This document shows, piece by piece, positions 46,960 to 57,520 of a DNA stretch of 64,000 bases. A program made the translations under genes and the position numbers. The notes beneath the pieces were generated by a model. That model ran no database searches, was not told where the DNA came from, and saw only the letters and a list, made by a program, of their open reading frames with translations. The stretch's first letter is position 1. Each line of letters begins with the position of its first letter. The stretch is from assembly GCA_964450075.1 (NCBI GenBank), contig CAYVFA010000001.1, forward strand, positions 11,893-75,892, in the 5' to 3' direction. The stretch is from an uncultured Smithella sp. (GTDB taxonomy: Bacteria; Desulfobacterota; Syntrophia; Syntrophales; Smithellaceae).

Positions 46960-47829
46960 TTAAATAACTTTTTTCATGGCGGCGATGGCGACTTCAATTT
47001 GATCGTCATCTGGTTCGCGTGTGGTGATTTTTTGAAGGGCAAGTCCCGGCCAGCTGAGAATCTGCACCAGTTTAAATCGGCCGTATTTTCCGGTAAAGCG
47101 AATCGCTTCATATGAAATACCCGCAATAACCGGCATCAGTAGAATCTTGTAAAGGATCCGGTGCAGAAAGTCAGGCCGTCCCAACAGAGAAAAGACGAGA
47201 ATGGAAACGATCATGACAAAAAGAATAAAGCTGGTGCCGCAACGAGGGTGGCGGGTTGAGTATTTTTTAACATTTTCAACCGTCAGTTCCTGGCCGTCTT
47301 CCCAGGCGAAAACGGTTTTATGCTCGGCGCCATGATACATATAGACACGACGCATATCCTGCATCAGGAGCGTGGCGGATAGAAAACATAAAAACATGCC
47401 CAGGCGGACGCAGCCTTCGAGAATATTTAAAAGGATCAGGCTATCAATGTAAAATTTTATTTTGGTAAAGAAAAACGCCGGAACGATAATAAAGAAAAAA
47501 ATGGCAATAGCAAAGCTGATGACAAAAGAAACATACATCTCCCAGCCTTTCGGCTTCACGTCCTCTTCAGAAAGTGCGACTTCAGCGGAAAACATCAGGC
47601 ATTGAATCCCGACGATCATCATTTCAAACAAACTGATGGTGCCGCGGATAAACATCCAGCCCAGGGGCTTGTAGCGTTTGGTCAGGGGAATGTATTCGCG
47701 CTCCTGGAAAACAATTTTTCCGTCAGGTTTTCTGACAGCCGCCGCGATTTTTGTGCCGTGGCGCATCATGACGCCTTCGAGAATTGCCTGGCCACCGGCG
47801 ATATCTTCGGGATTAGGTTTACAGCTCAT
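46960..47829 (-). CDS. DUF1385 (YqhQ-like) membrane protein
   Basis: GGQAILEGVMMRH and YHGAEHK motifs with several TM segments. Confidence 0.8.
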   Translation of the reverse strand: MSCKPNPEDIAGGQAILEGVMMRHGTKIAAAVRKPDGKIVFQEREYIPLTKRYKPLGWMFIRGTISLFEMMIVGIQCLMFSAEVALSEEDVKPKGWEMYVSFVISFAIAIFFFIIVPAFFFTKIKFYIDSLILLNILEGCVRLGMFLCFLSATLLMQDMRRVYMYHGAEHKTVFAWEDGQELTVENVKKYSTRHPRCGTSFILFVMIVSILVFSLLGRPDFLHRILYKILLMPVIAGISYEAIRFTGKYGRFKLVQILSWPGLALQKITTREPDDDQIEVAIAAMKKVI

Positions 47830-47918
47830 AAGATTTACGATGCCATTCTTGTGTTATTAGTGCCGCTTATTTATAGTATTTAAGAGGGACTGTCAAATCA
47901 TCATTTGATAAATGTTTA

Positions 47919-47946
47919 TTGCATGTTTTGAGCCGAATGATATAAT
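47919..47946 (+). promoter_or_regulatory. Strong sigma-70-type promoter: TTGCAT, 16-bp spacer, extended -10 TGATATAAT
   Basis: The -35 is at 47919-47924, the TG at 47938-47939 and the -10 TATAAT at 47941-47946. They are followed by AAGGAGGA and ATG 47975. Confidence 0.55.
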
Positions 47947-47974
47947 GCTCCAGCAAACACAAGGAGGACACAAA

Positions 47975-48196
47975 ATGGCATCTTTGGATTCATCATCTGC
48001 CGCTTTTATCAAGGAGTATCAGGAACGGTTTGAAAAGAAATTGAAGGAAAATGAGATCGAGCTTCTGGAGCATTGGAAAGGGCAAATTGAAAAAATCGAA
48101 AGCTCAAGACCGGACAGTATTGCCTCCTTGCAATTACAAATTCATAAAATGTCTGAAATGATGGGCAACCGCATCAAGGTACTGAAAAAGGGTTAA
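47975..48196 (+). CDS. Small hypothetical coiled-coil protein (73 aa)
   Basis: AAGGAGGA lies 7 nt before ATG 47975. The track's longer 47912 start lies upstream of the predicted promoter. Confidence 0.6.
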   Translation: MASLDSSSAAFIKEYQERFEKKLKENEIELLEHWKGQIEKIESSRPDSIASLQLQIHKMSEMMGNRIKVLKKG

Positions 48197-48197
48197 A

Positions 48198-48773
48198 ATG
48201 GAGAGTATTGCTGATTTCTTGTTTGAAGTGGGGATGCTGTGTAAGACACCGCGAAGCGGTTACCAGTTTCTAGGTAGTGGTCGGGAGTCCGTCGCGGAGC
48301 ACGTATTGCGTACTGTATTCATCGGTTACGCTCTGTGTAAATTAAATCCGTCACTGGAAGAATTGCGTGTGCTGAAAATGTGTGTGCTTCATGATCTGCC
48401 GGAAGCACGCACCGGTGACATGAACTATGTCAATAAAAAATATGTGCAGGTTGATGAAGCTAAAGCCGTGAAGGAATTAACGGAAGGTCTTTTTTTCGGC
48501 GATGATATCCGGAAATCGATTGAGGAATTTAACGCGAAAGAAACAGAAGAATCCTTAATTGCCCGTGACGCCGATCAGATTGCTCTTATCCTTCAGCTCA
48601 AGGAGTACGGTGATCTGGGCAACAAGTATTCTGATGAATGGATTAAATATGCTTTGCAAAGGCTTTGCACCGACGAGGGCAAAAAACTGGCTGACCGCAT
48701 TATTCAAACGGATTCCTCGCACTGGTGGTTTAAGGAAAAAAACGACTGGTGGATCAATGGAAGTGCCCGGTAA
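48198..48773 (+). CDS. HD-domain phosphohydrolase (YfbR-like 5'-nucleotidase family)
   Basis: PRSGYQFLGSGRESVAEHVLR and LHDLPEARTGDMN. Confidence 0.8.
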   Translation: MESIADFLFEVGMLCKTPRSGYQFLGSGRESVAEHVLRTVFIGYALCKLNPSLEELRVLKMCVLHDLPEARTGDMNYVNKKYVQVDEAKAVKELTEGLFFGDDIRKSIEEFNAKETEESLIARDADQIALILQLKEYGDLGNKYSDEWIKYALQRLCTDEGKKLADRIIQTDSSHWWFKEKNDWWINGSAR

Positions 48774-48802
48774 CCTTTCATCATAAGTACGGAGATTATG
48801 GC

Positions 48803-49240
48803 ATGATTCGTAAAATGTTACGGTTGTATTTTGCTTTGATCATCATTCTGAACCTGATGTCGTGCGCTCATGATTTGGGCAAAACGGTCATAACAAAACC
48901 GGACCAACACACACACGTTTACGAGGCCAAAGAAAAAATCATTCTCAAGGCGATTGCCGCCGTATTAAAAGAAAAAAGTATCGGCGAAAATGTTGTGATC
49001 GATTACAAGCTCAACCGCGTTGATTCAGATTACGTGGTTTCTGATGATTGGCGGACAAAAACCACGGCTCTTGTCAAAAGGCTTAATTGGAAGGAATGCG
49101 AGGTGACGCTGATCGTCAAGACGGAAAAGAAAGTAAAAGATGGATGGGAAATGCGCAGAATATTGGAAAAAGCACAATATGAAAGTTTTTTCAGTGTGAT
49201 CGATGTTAAAATTTACGAAGCCATGTCCAAGGGTGAATAA
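48803..49240 (+). CDS. Hypothetical lipoprotein
   Basis: MIRKMLRLYFALIIILNLMSC has a lipobox. No family recognised. Confidence 0.6.
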   Translation: MIRKMLRLYFALIIILNLMSCAHDLGKTVITKPDQHTHVYEAKEKIILKAIAAVLKEKSIGENVVIDYKLNRVDSDYVVSDDWRTKTTALVKRLNWKECEVTLIVKTEKKVKDGWEMRRILEKAQYESFFSVIDVKIYEAMSKGE

Positions 49241-49263
49241 GATCAATCTGCTGAGCGGTGAAA

Positions 49264-50316
49264 ATGATTGCCAGTGATCAACACGTATTATCGCGCCGGT
49301 TCAAGTCCGGTTTGTCCATTATTTTAAATCGTCCCGGAGCGCTCAACAGCCTCAGCGAAGCGATGCTCGACAGGATCGATAGCTTGCTTTCTGAAGCCCT
49401 TGCAGACGAAGCCTGTCTGTTTGTTTTGTTTTACAGTAGCAGTCACAAAGGTTTTTGCGCAGGAGGGGATGTTAAAGAACTGGCCAGGCTGGGCAGCATC
49501 AATCAATTTGACAAGGTTGATTCCTTTTTTCACAAAGAATACGGTCTGGATTTGAGACTCCATCTTTTCCCCAAACCGGTGATCGTGATAGCCGACGGCA
49601 TCACGATGGGCGGAGGGTTGGGGATTGCCGCAGGAGCCGGAATCAGTATTGCCACCCAGCGGACACGCATGGCCATGCCTGAAACCCGGATTGGTTTTTT
49701 CCCGGATGTTGGCTCAACCGGCTGGATGTTTGCGCGCTGTCCCAAAGGTTATCCTGAATATCTTGGATTGACCGGTTATGAAATGGACGGAAGCGAATGC
49801 GTTCGATTGGGTTTTGCAACGCATTTCATGCAATCGGAGAAAATCCCCGCATTGATTGAAATGCTGGAAAATGTAGAACTGACAGCCGGAAAAGACAAAC
49901 AGGGAATGATGCGCAATCTGCTGGTCAAGATTTCCGGTTTCCTGGATTTTAATATCCCGGTTCATCATGATATGGATATCTGGGTCGAAAAATACTTTGC
50001 GGGAAAGTCGGATATCCGGAAAATTCTGGAGCCGTTATCAAGATGCCATGAACAGGAAAAACAATGCAGTGCAGTTTTTGCCAGTATTGCCGAACGATCG
50101 CCCACCGCTCTCGTGCTGACATTAAAATTATTGCGGCACAACGAAGGACGGTCCATTGCGGACGTATTTGCCACCGAACTTAAAGCTGCTTTTTTTATTA
50201 CCCGCGAGCCCGATTACATTGAGGGCGTAAGGGCAAGACTTGTTGATAAAGACGATAAACCAAGATGGCTTCCGGATAGCATCGATAAGGTTAATGCGGA
50301 TAAATTTATTCCATAA
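49264..50316 (+). CDS. Enoyl-CoA hydratase/isomerase family, 3-hydroxyisobutyryl-CoA hydrolase-like
   Basis: GFCAGGDVKEL and ADGITMGGGLGIAAGAGISIATQRTRMAMPETRIGFFPDVGSTGW. Confidence 0.85.
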   Translation: MIASDQHVLSRRFKSGLSIILNRPGALNSLSEAMLDRIDSLLSEALADEACLFVLFYSSSHKGFCAGGDVKELARLGSINQFDKVDSFFHKEYGLDLRLHLFPKPVIVIADGITMGGGLGIAAGAGISIATQRTRMAMPETRIGFFPDVGSTGWMFARCPKGYPEYLGLTGYEMDGSECVRLGFATHFMQSEKIPALIEMLENVELTAGKDKQGMMRNLLVKISGFLDFNIPVHHDMDIWVEKYFAGKSDIRKILEPLSRCHEQEKQCSAVFASIAERSPTALVLTLKLLRHNEGRSIADVFATELKAAFFITREPDYIEGVRARLVDKDDKPRWLPDSIDKVNADKFIP

Positions 50317-50319
50317 CAG

Positions 50320-50358
50320 GCCGAATGCTGATAGCAAAAGGATCAGCATTCGGCTTTG
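50320..50358. terminator. Hairpin terminator between convergent genes
   Basis: GCCGAATGCTGAT-agcaaaagg-ATCAGCATTCGGC forms a perfect 13-bp stem and is followed by TTTG. Confidence 0.65.
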
Positions 50359-50391
50359 TGCTGGAAAGGGAAATGTCCATTCATGTTTCTG

Positions 50392-50571
50392 CTATTTGCT
50401 TTTGCTGAAAAATCCTATAAGGAATTCACTATCCTTGGGGGACAAATCAAATTTAAACACGGCCTTTTCAACCAGTACATATAGTGGCGAAGCGGCATTA
50501 TCTTCTCTGTTGGCAGAAATCCATTTAATCGCTTTCTGAATATTTTCACCTTCGGGCATGACGGTTGCCAT
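50392..50571 (-). CDS. Small hypothetical protein (59 aa), absent from the ORF track
   Basis: My reverse-strand reading gives AGGAGGAACCAAAATT-ATG, then MATVMPEGENIQKAIKWISANREDNAASPLYVLVEKAVFKFDLSPKDSEFLIGFFSKSK*. It has a strong SD and is followed by the 50320-50358 hairpin. Confidence 0.55.
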   Translation of the reverse strand: MATVMPEGENIQKAIKWISANREDNAASPLYVLVEKAVFKFDLSPKDSEFLIGFFSKSK

Positions 50572-50682
50572 AATTTTGGTTCCTCCTCATGATAAATAAT
50601 GTTGTACGAAAGAAATATATCATTAATATTTTTTTTTACATACTACAATATGACTTAAAAATTAACTAAATTTTAAACATAT

Positions 50683-50711
50683 TTGACATTAGCGTTTTTG
50701 TTGTTAATTAT
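50683..50711 (+). promoter_or_regulatory. Candidate sigma-70-type promoter: TTGACA, 17-bp spacer, AATTAT, overlapping an AT-rich TTAATTATAA element
   Basis: The -35 is at 50683-50688. The -10 region is weak. It lies about 110 nt upstream of the rubrerythrin gene. Confidence 0.3.
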
Positions 50712-50822
50712 AAACAGCGTAGTGATACGAAAAACTTTTGTGATAGACAAAAAAACGAAATAACTGTTGATTATCGTTTGAAAAAATATTAATTCATGAC
50801 AAACAACAACGAGAGGAGATAA

Positions 50823-51404
50823 ATGATGGCAAAATCAATTAAAGGAACGAAGACAGAAAAAAATCTACTGGCAGCTTTTTCAGGGGAGTCACAGGCAAGG
50901 AATCGCTACACATTTTTTGCAAGTGCTGCAAAGAAAGAAGGATATGAACAAATTTCCCGATTCTTTCTGGAAACGGCGGAAAATGAAAAAGAACATGCCA
51001 AAGTGTTCTTTAAGTATCTCGAAGGCGGGGAACTAGAAATTACGGCGGCTTTTCCGGCAGGGGTGATCGCCGATACGAAAAGCAATCTGGAGGCTGCTGC
51101 CGCTGGTGAAAATATGGAATGGACTGTCCTGTATGCCGAGGCTGCCAAAGTAGCCAGAGAGGAAGGATTTCCCGAAGTCGCGCGTTCATTTGAGCAGATT
51201 GCCAAAGTAGAGAAGTTTCATGAAGAAAGATATCGCAAGCTTGTTGCCAATATTGCCAACCGTGAAGTGTTTCAAAAGAAAACGACTGCCAAGTGGCACT
51301 GCATCAATTGCGGTTATGTCCATGAAGGCGCTGAAGCACCGAAGGAATGTCCCGCCTGCCTGCACCCGCAGTCGTATTACGAGCTATTAGCGGAAAATTT
51401 TTAA
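50823..51404 (+). CDS. rbr: Rubrerythrin
   Basis: [23 protein letters not shown] and [10 protein letters not shown] form the di-iron four-helix bundle. The C-terminal rubredoxin-like part is [19 protein letters not shown]. Confidence 0.93.
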   Translation: MMAKSIKGTKTEKNLLAAFSGESQARNRYTFFASAAKKEGYEQISRFFLETAENEKEHAKVFFKYLEGGELEITAAFPAGVIADTKSNLEAAAAGENMEWTVLYAEAAKVAREEGFPEVARSFEQIAKVEKFHEERYRKLVANIANREVFQKKTTAKWHCINCGYVHEGAEAPKECPACLHPQSYYELLAENF

Positions 51405-51431
51405 AACCCGTTTTGCAGCAAAACAGATTTC

Positions 51432-51469
51432 AAAACAGCCCGTGTGTTATTCCGCGGGCTGTTTTTTTT
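51432..51469 (+). terminator. Rho-independent terminator after rbr
   Basis: AAAACAGCCCG...CGGGCTGTTTT forms the stem (51432-51442 / 51455-51465) and runs into a T-tract. Confidence 0.75.
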
Positions 51470-51541
51470 ACCCGGAATGAAGTAATAATTTAGTGCTTTG
51501 CACCATGCGAACGTTCTTGTCCAGACGAAAGCTTGTTGTGC

Positions 51542-51570
51542 TTGACAGTAAAAGAAAAATACCCTAGATT
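51542..51570 (+). promoter_or_regulatory. Candidate sigma-70-type promoter: TTGACA, 17-bp spacer, TAGATT
   Basis: The -35 is at 51542-51547 and the -10 at 51565-51570, upstream of ATG 51603. Confidence 0.4.
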
Positions 51571-51602
51571 GGCGCAGTTTTTCGCAAGAGGAGTCCATCA
51601 TT

Positions 51603-52226
51603 ATGTCCACAAAAAAGCAGCGCCGGTCTGAAGATTTTAAAGACCGGAAGAAAAAGAAATCCACTCGAGTCGTTTATTTAGTCGCCATCATCGGCGGTGT
51701 CTTTTTATTGCTGGTGATTTTCTTTGTCATCTTGTTTAACGCATTATTTCCGCCTGTGGATATGGAAGCCCTGAAAAAGAAAGAAAAAAGAATTGCAGAA
51801 ATTTATTTTTCGGACCCTCAGGAGCGCTTTCTGGTTGCTGAGAAACGCTATATTTATAAAGCAGACGATGCGGCAGAACAGGCAAAAGAAGTCGTCAAAG
51901 CCCTGTTGGCTGGTTCCAAAACGGGCAATGTCAATACTTTTCCCGCCAATGTTACGCTCAAAGACGTAAAGGTGGATAAAGAGGGCTTGGCGCAAGTCAC
52001 CTTCAGCGATCATCTGACCAAGTCCCATCCAGGTGGTTCCACGGCGGAAATGGTCACCATCTATTCATTGACGAATACATTGACTGCTAATATTCCCGAT
52101 ATTAAATCCGTTCAAATATTGGTCAACGGAAAAGAACTGTCTTCAATTAAAGGGCATATTTCCACCGTTAATCCCTTTCGACCGGATCTCGATCTCTTCG
52201 CGCCGGTTAAAGAGGAGAAAAACTGA
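51603..52226 (+). CDS. GerMN-domain membrane-anchored protein
   Basis: There is an N-terminal TM anchor. [14 protein letters not shown]...[19 protein letters not shown]...[26 protein letters not shown] fits the GerMN pattern. Confidence 0.6.
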   Translation: MSTKKQRRSEDFKDRKKKKSTRVVYLVAIIGGVFLLLVIFFVILFNALFPPVDMEALKKKEKRIAEIYFSDPQERFLVAEKRYIYKADDAAEQAKEVVKALLAGSKTGNVNTFPANVTLKDVKVDKEGLAQVTFSDHLTKSHPGGSTAEMVTIYSLTNTLTANIPDIKSVQILVNGKELSSIKGHISTVNPFRPDLDLFAPVKEEKN

Positions 52227-52233
52227 AACTGTT

Positions 52234-54267
52234 ATGGCCCCGAAATCCAAAATATCACGTACGCGCAATATCGGCATTGTCGCTCACATCGACGCGGGCA
52301 AAACAACCGTCAGCGAAAGAATCCTGTTTTATACCGGTAAATCCTATAAAATAGGTGAAGTCCACGACGGGGAAGCCGTTATGGACTGGATGCCTCAGGA
52401 ACAGGAAAGAGGCATCACCATTACCTCCGCGGTAACCACCTGTACGTGGAAGAATTCAGAAATTCACATTATTGACACGCCCGGACATGTCGATTTTACC
52501 ATTGAAGTCGAGCGATCCCTGCGCGTGCTTGACGGCGCAGTTGTCGTGTTTTGCGCTGTCGCGGGCGTCGAGCCGCAATCAGAAACTGTCTGGCACCAGG
52601 CGGATAAATACGCCGTTCCCAAGGTCGCCTTCGTCAACAAGATGGATCGCGTCGGCGCTGATTATTTTCATGTGATTGATATGATGCGTGACCGTTTTCA
52701 ATCCACTCCCGTGCCTGTTCAAATTCCAGTAGGCAGCGAAGATACATTCCGCGGCGTAATTGATTTAATCAACCGGAAAATGCTGATTTGGGATGATAAT
52801 TCTCAGGGTGTGGAATATGCCACAAGTGAGATACCTGAGGATTTCGCCGATGCCGCCGCCCATGAGCGGGAGAGAATGATTGAAACCCTTGCGGACTGTG
52901 ATGATGAGCTGGCGGATCTTTATCTGGCCGGAGAGGAATTATCAGTCGCTCAAATTAATGCCGCCTTGCGCAAGGCAACCATTGCTTTAAAAGTTGTGCC
53001 GGTCATGTGTGGCACGGCGCTCCGCAATAAAGGCGTTCAGCCCATACTGGATGCGGTGGTCAATTACCTCCCTTCACCGGAAGATGTTCCTCCGGTCAAA
53101 GGCATGAATCCAAAAACAAAGCTAGAAGAAGTCAGATCGAGTTCTGACAAAGAACCGCTGGCGGCGCTGGCTTTTAAAATCCAGCTGGATGATGGACGCA
53201 AACTGACGTATCTGCGCATTTATTCCGGCCAGATTTTTGCCAACAGTGAAGTTTATAATATTGTCAAAAAGAAGAAAGAAAAAATAGCCCGTCTTTTACA
53301 GATGCACTCCAATAAGCGGGAAAGAATAGACAAAGCGTCAGCGGGGGAGTTGGTCGCTGTTTTGGGATTGAAGGAAACGACCACTGGCGATACGCTGTGT
53401 GACGAAGCGCATCCGATCGTTCTGGAACAAATGGAGTTTTATGAGCCGGTGATCAGTCAGGCTATTGAAGCGAAAACTCCCGCCGATCAGGATAAATTGG
53501 CGCAGGCGCTGGTCAAACTGACCGATGAAGATCCGACGTTGCGTGTTAAGTATGATGATGAAACCGCACAGACGGTGATTTCCGGGATGGGTGAACTACA
53601 TCTGGAAATTATTGTGGATCGACTGCTTCGGGAATTCAATGCCCGTGTTAATGTCGGCCGTCCGCGTGTTGTTTATCGCGAAACGATTCAAAAGCCCTTC
53701 GAAATTGAAAGTGTCTTCGAAAAGGAATTGGGTGAAAAAAGACATTTTGGACAAGTGCGCATCGAGCTGGTTCCGCGTAAACGGGGGATGGGCAACGAGA
53801 TTGTTAATCAACTATCTGAGGAAGTGATCCCTGCCGAGTATCATGAAGCGATAGAAGAAGGCATCCGGGAAGCGATGATGAGCGGCGTCCTCAACAGTTA
53901 TCCGGTGATCGATGTCGGCGTTAAATTAACCGGTGGCGCTTATCGTGATGGAGAATCTTCCACACAGGGTTATAAAATCGCTGCTGCCACTGCGTTTCGT
54001 GACGGCTGTCTTGCGGCGGATCCGCTTATGCTCGAGCCGATTATGGTGGTGGATATTATTACACCCAGCGAGTTTATGGGCGATGTGATCGGTGATATTA
54101 ACGCCCGTCGGGGTGAAATTCAGGCAGTCAATCCTAAAGGGCCGGTTGCTGAAATAAAAGCCAGGGTTCCTCTCAAAGCCATGTTTGGCTATTCCACGGA
54201 CCTGCGCTCCGCCACTCAGGGGCGCGCGGTCTTTACCATGATTTTTGGCGAATATGATAAAGCGTAG
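52234..54267 (+). CDS. Elongation factor G paralogue (EF-G2-like)
   Basis: [34 protein letters not shown] and NKMDR are G motifs. The gene is full length (677 aa) and is not in an rpsL-rpsG-fusA-tuf context. Confidence 0.9.
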   Translation: MAPKSKISRTRNIGIVAHIDAGKTTVSERILFYTGKSYKIGEVHDGEAVMDWMPQEQERGITITSAVTTCTWKNSEIHIIDTPGHVDFTIEVERSLRVLDGAVVVFCAVAGVEPQSETVWHQADKYAVPKVAFVNKMDRVGADYFHVIDMMRDRFQSTPVPVQIPVGSEDTFRGVIDLINRKMLIWDDNSQGVEYATSEIPEDFADAAAHERERMIETLADCDDELADLYLAGEELSVAQINAALRKATIALKVVPVMCGTALRNKGVQPILDAVVNYLPSPEDVPPVKGMNPKTKLEEVRSSSDKEPLAALAFKIQLDDGRKLTYLRIYSGQIFANSEVYNIVKKKKEKIARLLQMHSNKRERIDKASAGELVAVLGLKETTTGDTLCDEAHPIVLEQMEFYEPVISQAIEAKTPADQDKLAQALVKLTDEDPTLRVKYDDETAQTVISGMGELHLEIIVDRLLREFNARVNVGRPRVVYRETIQKPFEIESVFEKELGEKRHFGQVRIELVPRKRGMGNEIVNQLSEEVIPAEYHEAIEEGIREAMMSGVLNSYPVIDVGVKLTGGAYRDGESSTQGYKIAAATAFRDGCLAADPLMLEPIMVVDIITPSEFMGDVIGDINARRGEIQAVNPKGPVAEIKARVPLKAMFGYSTDLRSATQGRAVFTMIFGEYDKA

Positions 54268-54511
54268 CTGAAAAATATTCATTGATGATTTTGGGCAGGA
54301 GAGCCCTTGCGCGAAAGTCAAGGATACACGATCATCGATCTGACAAAACCTCTGGATGTTTCTTTTGTTCCCTTTTCCAAAGGAAGCATTTCCGGTAACG
54401 GTGAAATATTTATTTTTCCATTGCGGCTGGTTGGTGTCAGCGGTTCTCCCTGCCGTGTGATTGTCCGAATCCCTAAGCAGACGGACTGGACGCTGACAGA
54501 AGGGCGATGAT

Positions 54512-55870
54512 GTGGTTGTTCTACGATACATACTCGAACGATTACGGGCTTATTCTTTTTTCGAAGATGAAAGAGCCGACTACCCGCCGACTTTTGCTGA
54601 AGAATTAAACTATCAATGCGGCCGGGTTCTCTTCGTTGTTACCATCATTACCATGGTCGCCTGGCTACCGTATATCTCCCTTGACCACCAACTCCATCCG
54701 GATGAATTTCTCATTCCCTATATCCGCATTGGCCTGTCCATCGTCAGTCTGATCATTTTTATTCTGTATCTCACCTCGCGGTTTGCCCGATATCATATGC
54801 TTTTTCTCGTCATCATCGGAGCCTATCTGGCCATTTCCTGCGGCTTGTTGACCGCGTTGACAAAAGCCGATTCCGTTTACATGGGAGGATACACTTTTAT
54901 TTTGATGATCATGGCCGTTGCTCCGGTTGACAGGCGGGCGGCTTTGTCGGTCATTGCCGCATCGCTTATCACATTTTTTGCAGTGGGTTATTTTAAGGGA
55001 ATATCCTTTGATAGCCTCAGCGCCCGATATAGTTTTCTGGATTTGATCAGCGCAACATTTGTCTCTATTTCGTTTATCTTCCTGCTACATGAAACGAGAT
55101 ACCGAAGCTGGTTAAAATCGAAAAAAATAGACGAGCAGAGCATGGAATTAAGGTCTGACAAAGAAAAAATCGATAAGCTGCTTTTGAATATTTTACCTCC
55201 CGCGGTTGCTCAGGAACTCAAGGATGATGGGCTGGTCAAGCCCGTCTTTTATAAATCAGCGACGATTGTTTTTGCTGATATCGTCGGCTTTACTAAAATT
55301 ACGGAAAAACTGACACCCGATCAACTCGTCAGAGAGCTTGATGAAGTATTTTCAAGCTTTGATCGGGTCATGGATCAATACGGGCTGGAAAAACTAAAAA
55401 CGATCGGTGATGCTTACATGTTTGTCGCGGGCGTGCCCGTGGCCAGTAAAACGCATGAAATAGACGCGGTGCTGGGCGCGCTGGAATTCCAGTCTTTAAT
55501 CGAAAAAATCAATCAGGAAAAAACGTGTAAAGGCCGTCCTGTCTTTGATATCCGAATCGGAATCAATACTGGCCCGCTGATGGCCGGTATTGTGGGTGAA
55601 AAGAAATTTGTCTATGATGTCTGGGGTGATTCAGTGAACCTGGCCAGTCGCATGGAATCATCGGGTGAGAGCGGCAAAGTCAACATTTCCGAAACAACCT
55701 ATGTTCGGATTAAGGATTATTTTGAAACCGAAGTACGCGGGCAGATTATGGCAAAAAATAAAGGGTCGGTGGCCATGTATTTTGTGAAAAGGATAAAATC
55801 TGAATTTTCAGCCGACGCCGCCGGTTTGCACCCCAATTCGCGTTTTCAGAAAATGGTTGCTAGGTATTAA
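54512..55870 (+). CDS. Membrane-bound class III adenylate/guanylate cyclase
   Basis: About 6 N-terminal TM segments. The cyclase domain is ATIVFADIVGFTKITE...KTIGDAYMFVAGVP...GINTGPLMAGIVG..YDVWGDSVNLASRMES. GTG start, uncertain. Confidence 0.85.
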   Translation: MVVLRYILERLRAYSFFEDERADYPPTFAEELNYQCGRVLFVVTIITMVAWLPYISLDHQLHPDEFLIPYIRIGLSIVSLIIFILYLTSRFARYHMLFLVIIGAYLAISCGLLTALTKADSVYMGGYTFILMIMAVAPVDRRAALSVIAASLITFFAVGYFKGISFDSLSARYSFLDLISATFVSISFIFLLHETRYRSWLKSKKIDEQSMELRSDKEKIDKLLLNILPPAVAQELKDDGLVKPVFYKSATIVFADIVGFTKITEKLTPDQLVRELDEVFSSFDRVMDQYGLEKLKTIGDAYMFVAGVPVASKTHEIDAVLGALEFQSLIEKINQEKTCKGRPVFDIRIGINTGPLMAGIVGEKKFVYDVWGDSVNLASRMESSGESGKVNISETTYVRIKDYFETEVRGQIMAKNKGSVAMYFVKRIKSEFSADAAGLHPNSRFQKMVARY

Positions 55871-57258
55871 TCCACCCAGTCGTTGGCGATATTCAATCGC
55901 TTCAGTTTTTCCACCAGCGTGGTGCGGTTGAGGTTCAGCAGTTTGGCTGCACGGTTTTTGACGCCACCGCTCATTTTCAGCGCTTTCAGTAGAAGCTCTT
56001 TTTCCAGGCGGCTGACCTGCTCGTTAAAGTCTATGCCTTCTTCCGATAACGTTGTGATTCTCGAACCTGCCTTTTCGCCTGTGGCGTTGCGTATTTTAGC
56101 GGGTAAATCATCAACCGAGATTTCACCTTCGTCTTTCATGACCACCAGCATTTCGATCAAATTCTGCAACTCCCGGACATTGCCGGGCCAGTTATAGCAC
56201 ATCAAATGGCTGACGGTGTCAGGTGTGATCCGCTCAATATTTTTCTTTTTGAGTTGATTAAAATGCATTAAAAAATGATTGGCGAGAATCGAGATGTCCG
56301 ATCCGCGTTCACGAAGCGGGGGCAGATGAATGGGAATGACGTTAATCCGGTAGAAAAGATCTTCACGGAATTGTTTGTCGGCGACCGCCTTTTCCAGATC
56401 CTGGTTGGTGGCAGTGATAATGCGAACATCGACTTCAATGGTTTTGACGCCGCCGATACGTTCAAACTTTCTTTCCTGTATGACACGGAGGACTTTCACC
56501 TGGAGAGACGGACTCATGTCGCCGATTTCGTCGAGAAATATCGTGCCACCCTGAGCCAGTTCAAATCGTCCCATCCGACTGCGAATGGCGCCGGTGAAAG
56601 CGCCTTTTTCGTGACCGAAGAGTTCGCTTTCCAGCAGGTCTTCCGGTATCGCGCCACAGTTAACCGGAATCATCGGCTGATGGCTCCGGTCGCTCTTGAA
56701 ATGAATCTCCCGGGCCACCAATTCCTTGCCCGTTCCGCTTTCACCGGTAATTAAAACGGTACTGTCCGAATGAGATACTTTATCAATCGTATCAAAAACT
56801 TTTTTCATACAGTCGCTATAGCCGATGATTTTGTTAAAATTCTGCCTTTCCCGGAGGTTATCTTTTAAGGACACGTTTTCATTACGAAGTTTGGCAAAAT
56901 TCATGGCGCGGCTGACCGATAACTTGACCAGATCATCTTTAATGGGCTTGGATATAAAATCGAAAGCGCCCATTTGCATGGCGGCAACGGCCACGTTTAC
57001 TGTGGCGTGCCCGGTAATCATGATGACGATATTATCACGATTAACGCCCTTAATGTATTTAAGCAATTCCAGTCCGTCCACTTTAGGCATGCGAAGGTCC
57101 GTGATGACCAGGTCGTAGGGTTCTTCAAGAAAAGTATTGATCGCCTCACGTCCATCGTTGACGGCTTTGACTTCGTAACCTTCTTCCTTCAGAATTTCCG
57201 CAAGCGTTTCCTTGTTGAGCTCGTTATCGTCAGCAATGAGGATTTTTCCGTTTGACAT
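55867..57258 (-). CDS. Sigma-54-dependent response regulator (NtrC family)
   Basis: The REC domain is ILIADDNE...VITDLRMPKVDG. The AAA+ motifs are GESGTGKELVAREIH and GAFTGA. A C-terminal Fis-type HTH is present. Confidence 0.92.
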   Translation of the reverse strand: MSNGKILIADDNELNKETLAEILKEEGYEVKAVNDGREAINTFLEEPYDLVITDLRMPKVDGLELLKYIKGVNRDNIVIMITGHATVNVAVAAMQMGAFDFISKPIKDDLVKLSVSRAMNFAKLRNENVSLKDNLRERQNFNKIIGYSDCMKKVFDTIDKVSHSDSTVLITGESGTGKELVAREIHFKSDRSHQPMIPVNCGAIPEDLLESELFGHEKGAFTGAIRSRMGRFELAQGGTIFLDEIGDMSPSLQVKVLRVIQERKFERIGGVKTIEVDVRIITATNQDLEKAVADKQFREDLFYRINVIPIHLPPLRERGSDISILANHFLMHFNQLKKKNIERITPDTVSHLMCYNWPGNVRELQNLIEMLVVMKDEGEISVDDLPAKIRNATGEKAGSRITTLSEEGIDFNEQVSRLEKELLLKALKMSGGVKNRAAKLLNLNRTTLVEKLKRLNIANDWVD

Positions 57259-57520
57259 ATGAATTCCTTCGTTGGTGTTAAAACTTTGTTAGTTGTAAAT
57301 TTGACGCATATTAAAATAAAAGCGCTAAAAATACAACATTAAAATACAAAAAAGCGTCAAAATATAAACATTCAGGTGGTAATTGATAAGGTCCGTCATA
57401 AAATCAACAGTCATTGCTTGCATAATCACAATATTTGTTTTTATTGTGTAAAATAATTGCATATAAGAATTCAATGTTATAAGGTTAAAATAGAAAAAGA
57501 TGGAAAGCGTGTGCTAAAAT

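Noticed and set aside
54307-54510. 67-aa ORF between the EF-G paralogue and the adenylate cyclase gene.
   Set aside because: It has a TTG start without a convincing SD and no recognisable family. It may be real because its stop overlaps the cyclase start region, but I cannot support it from sequence alone.
57259-57520. A promoter for the che operon or the divergent ntrC-like gene. Candidates were TTGACG at ~57303 with TAAAAT 19 nt downstream, and TTGCTTGCA at ~57414.
   Set aside because: The spacing or hexamer quality is poor. No GG-N10-GC or sigma-28 (TAAA-N15-GCCGATAA) match was found. Left uncalled.
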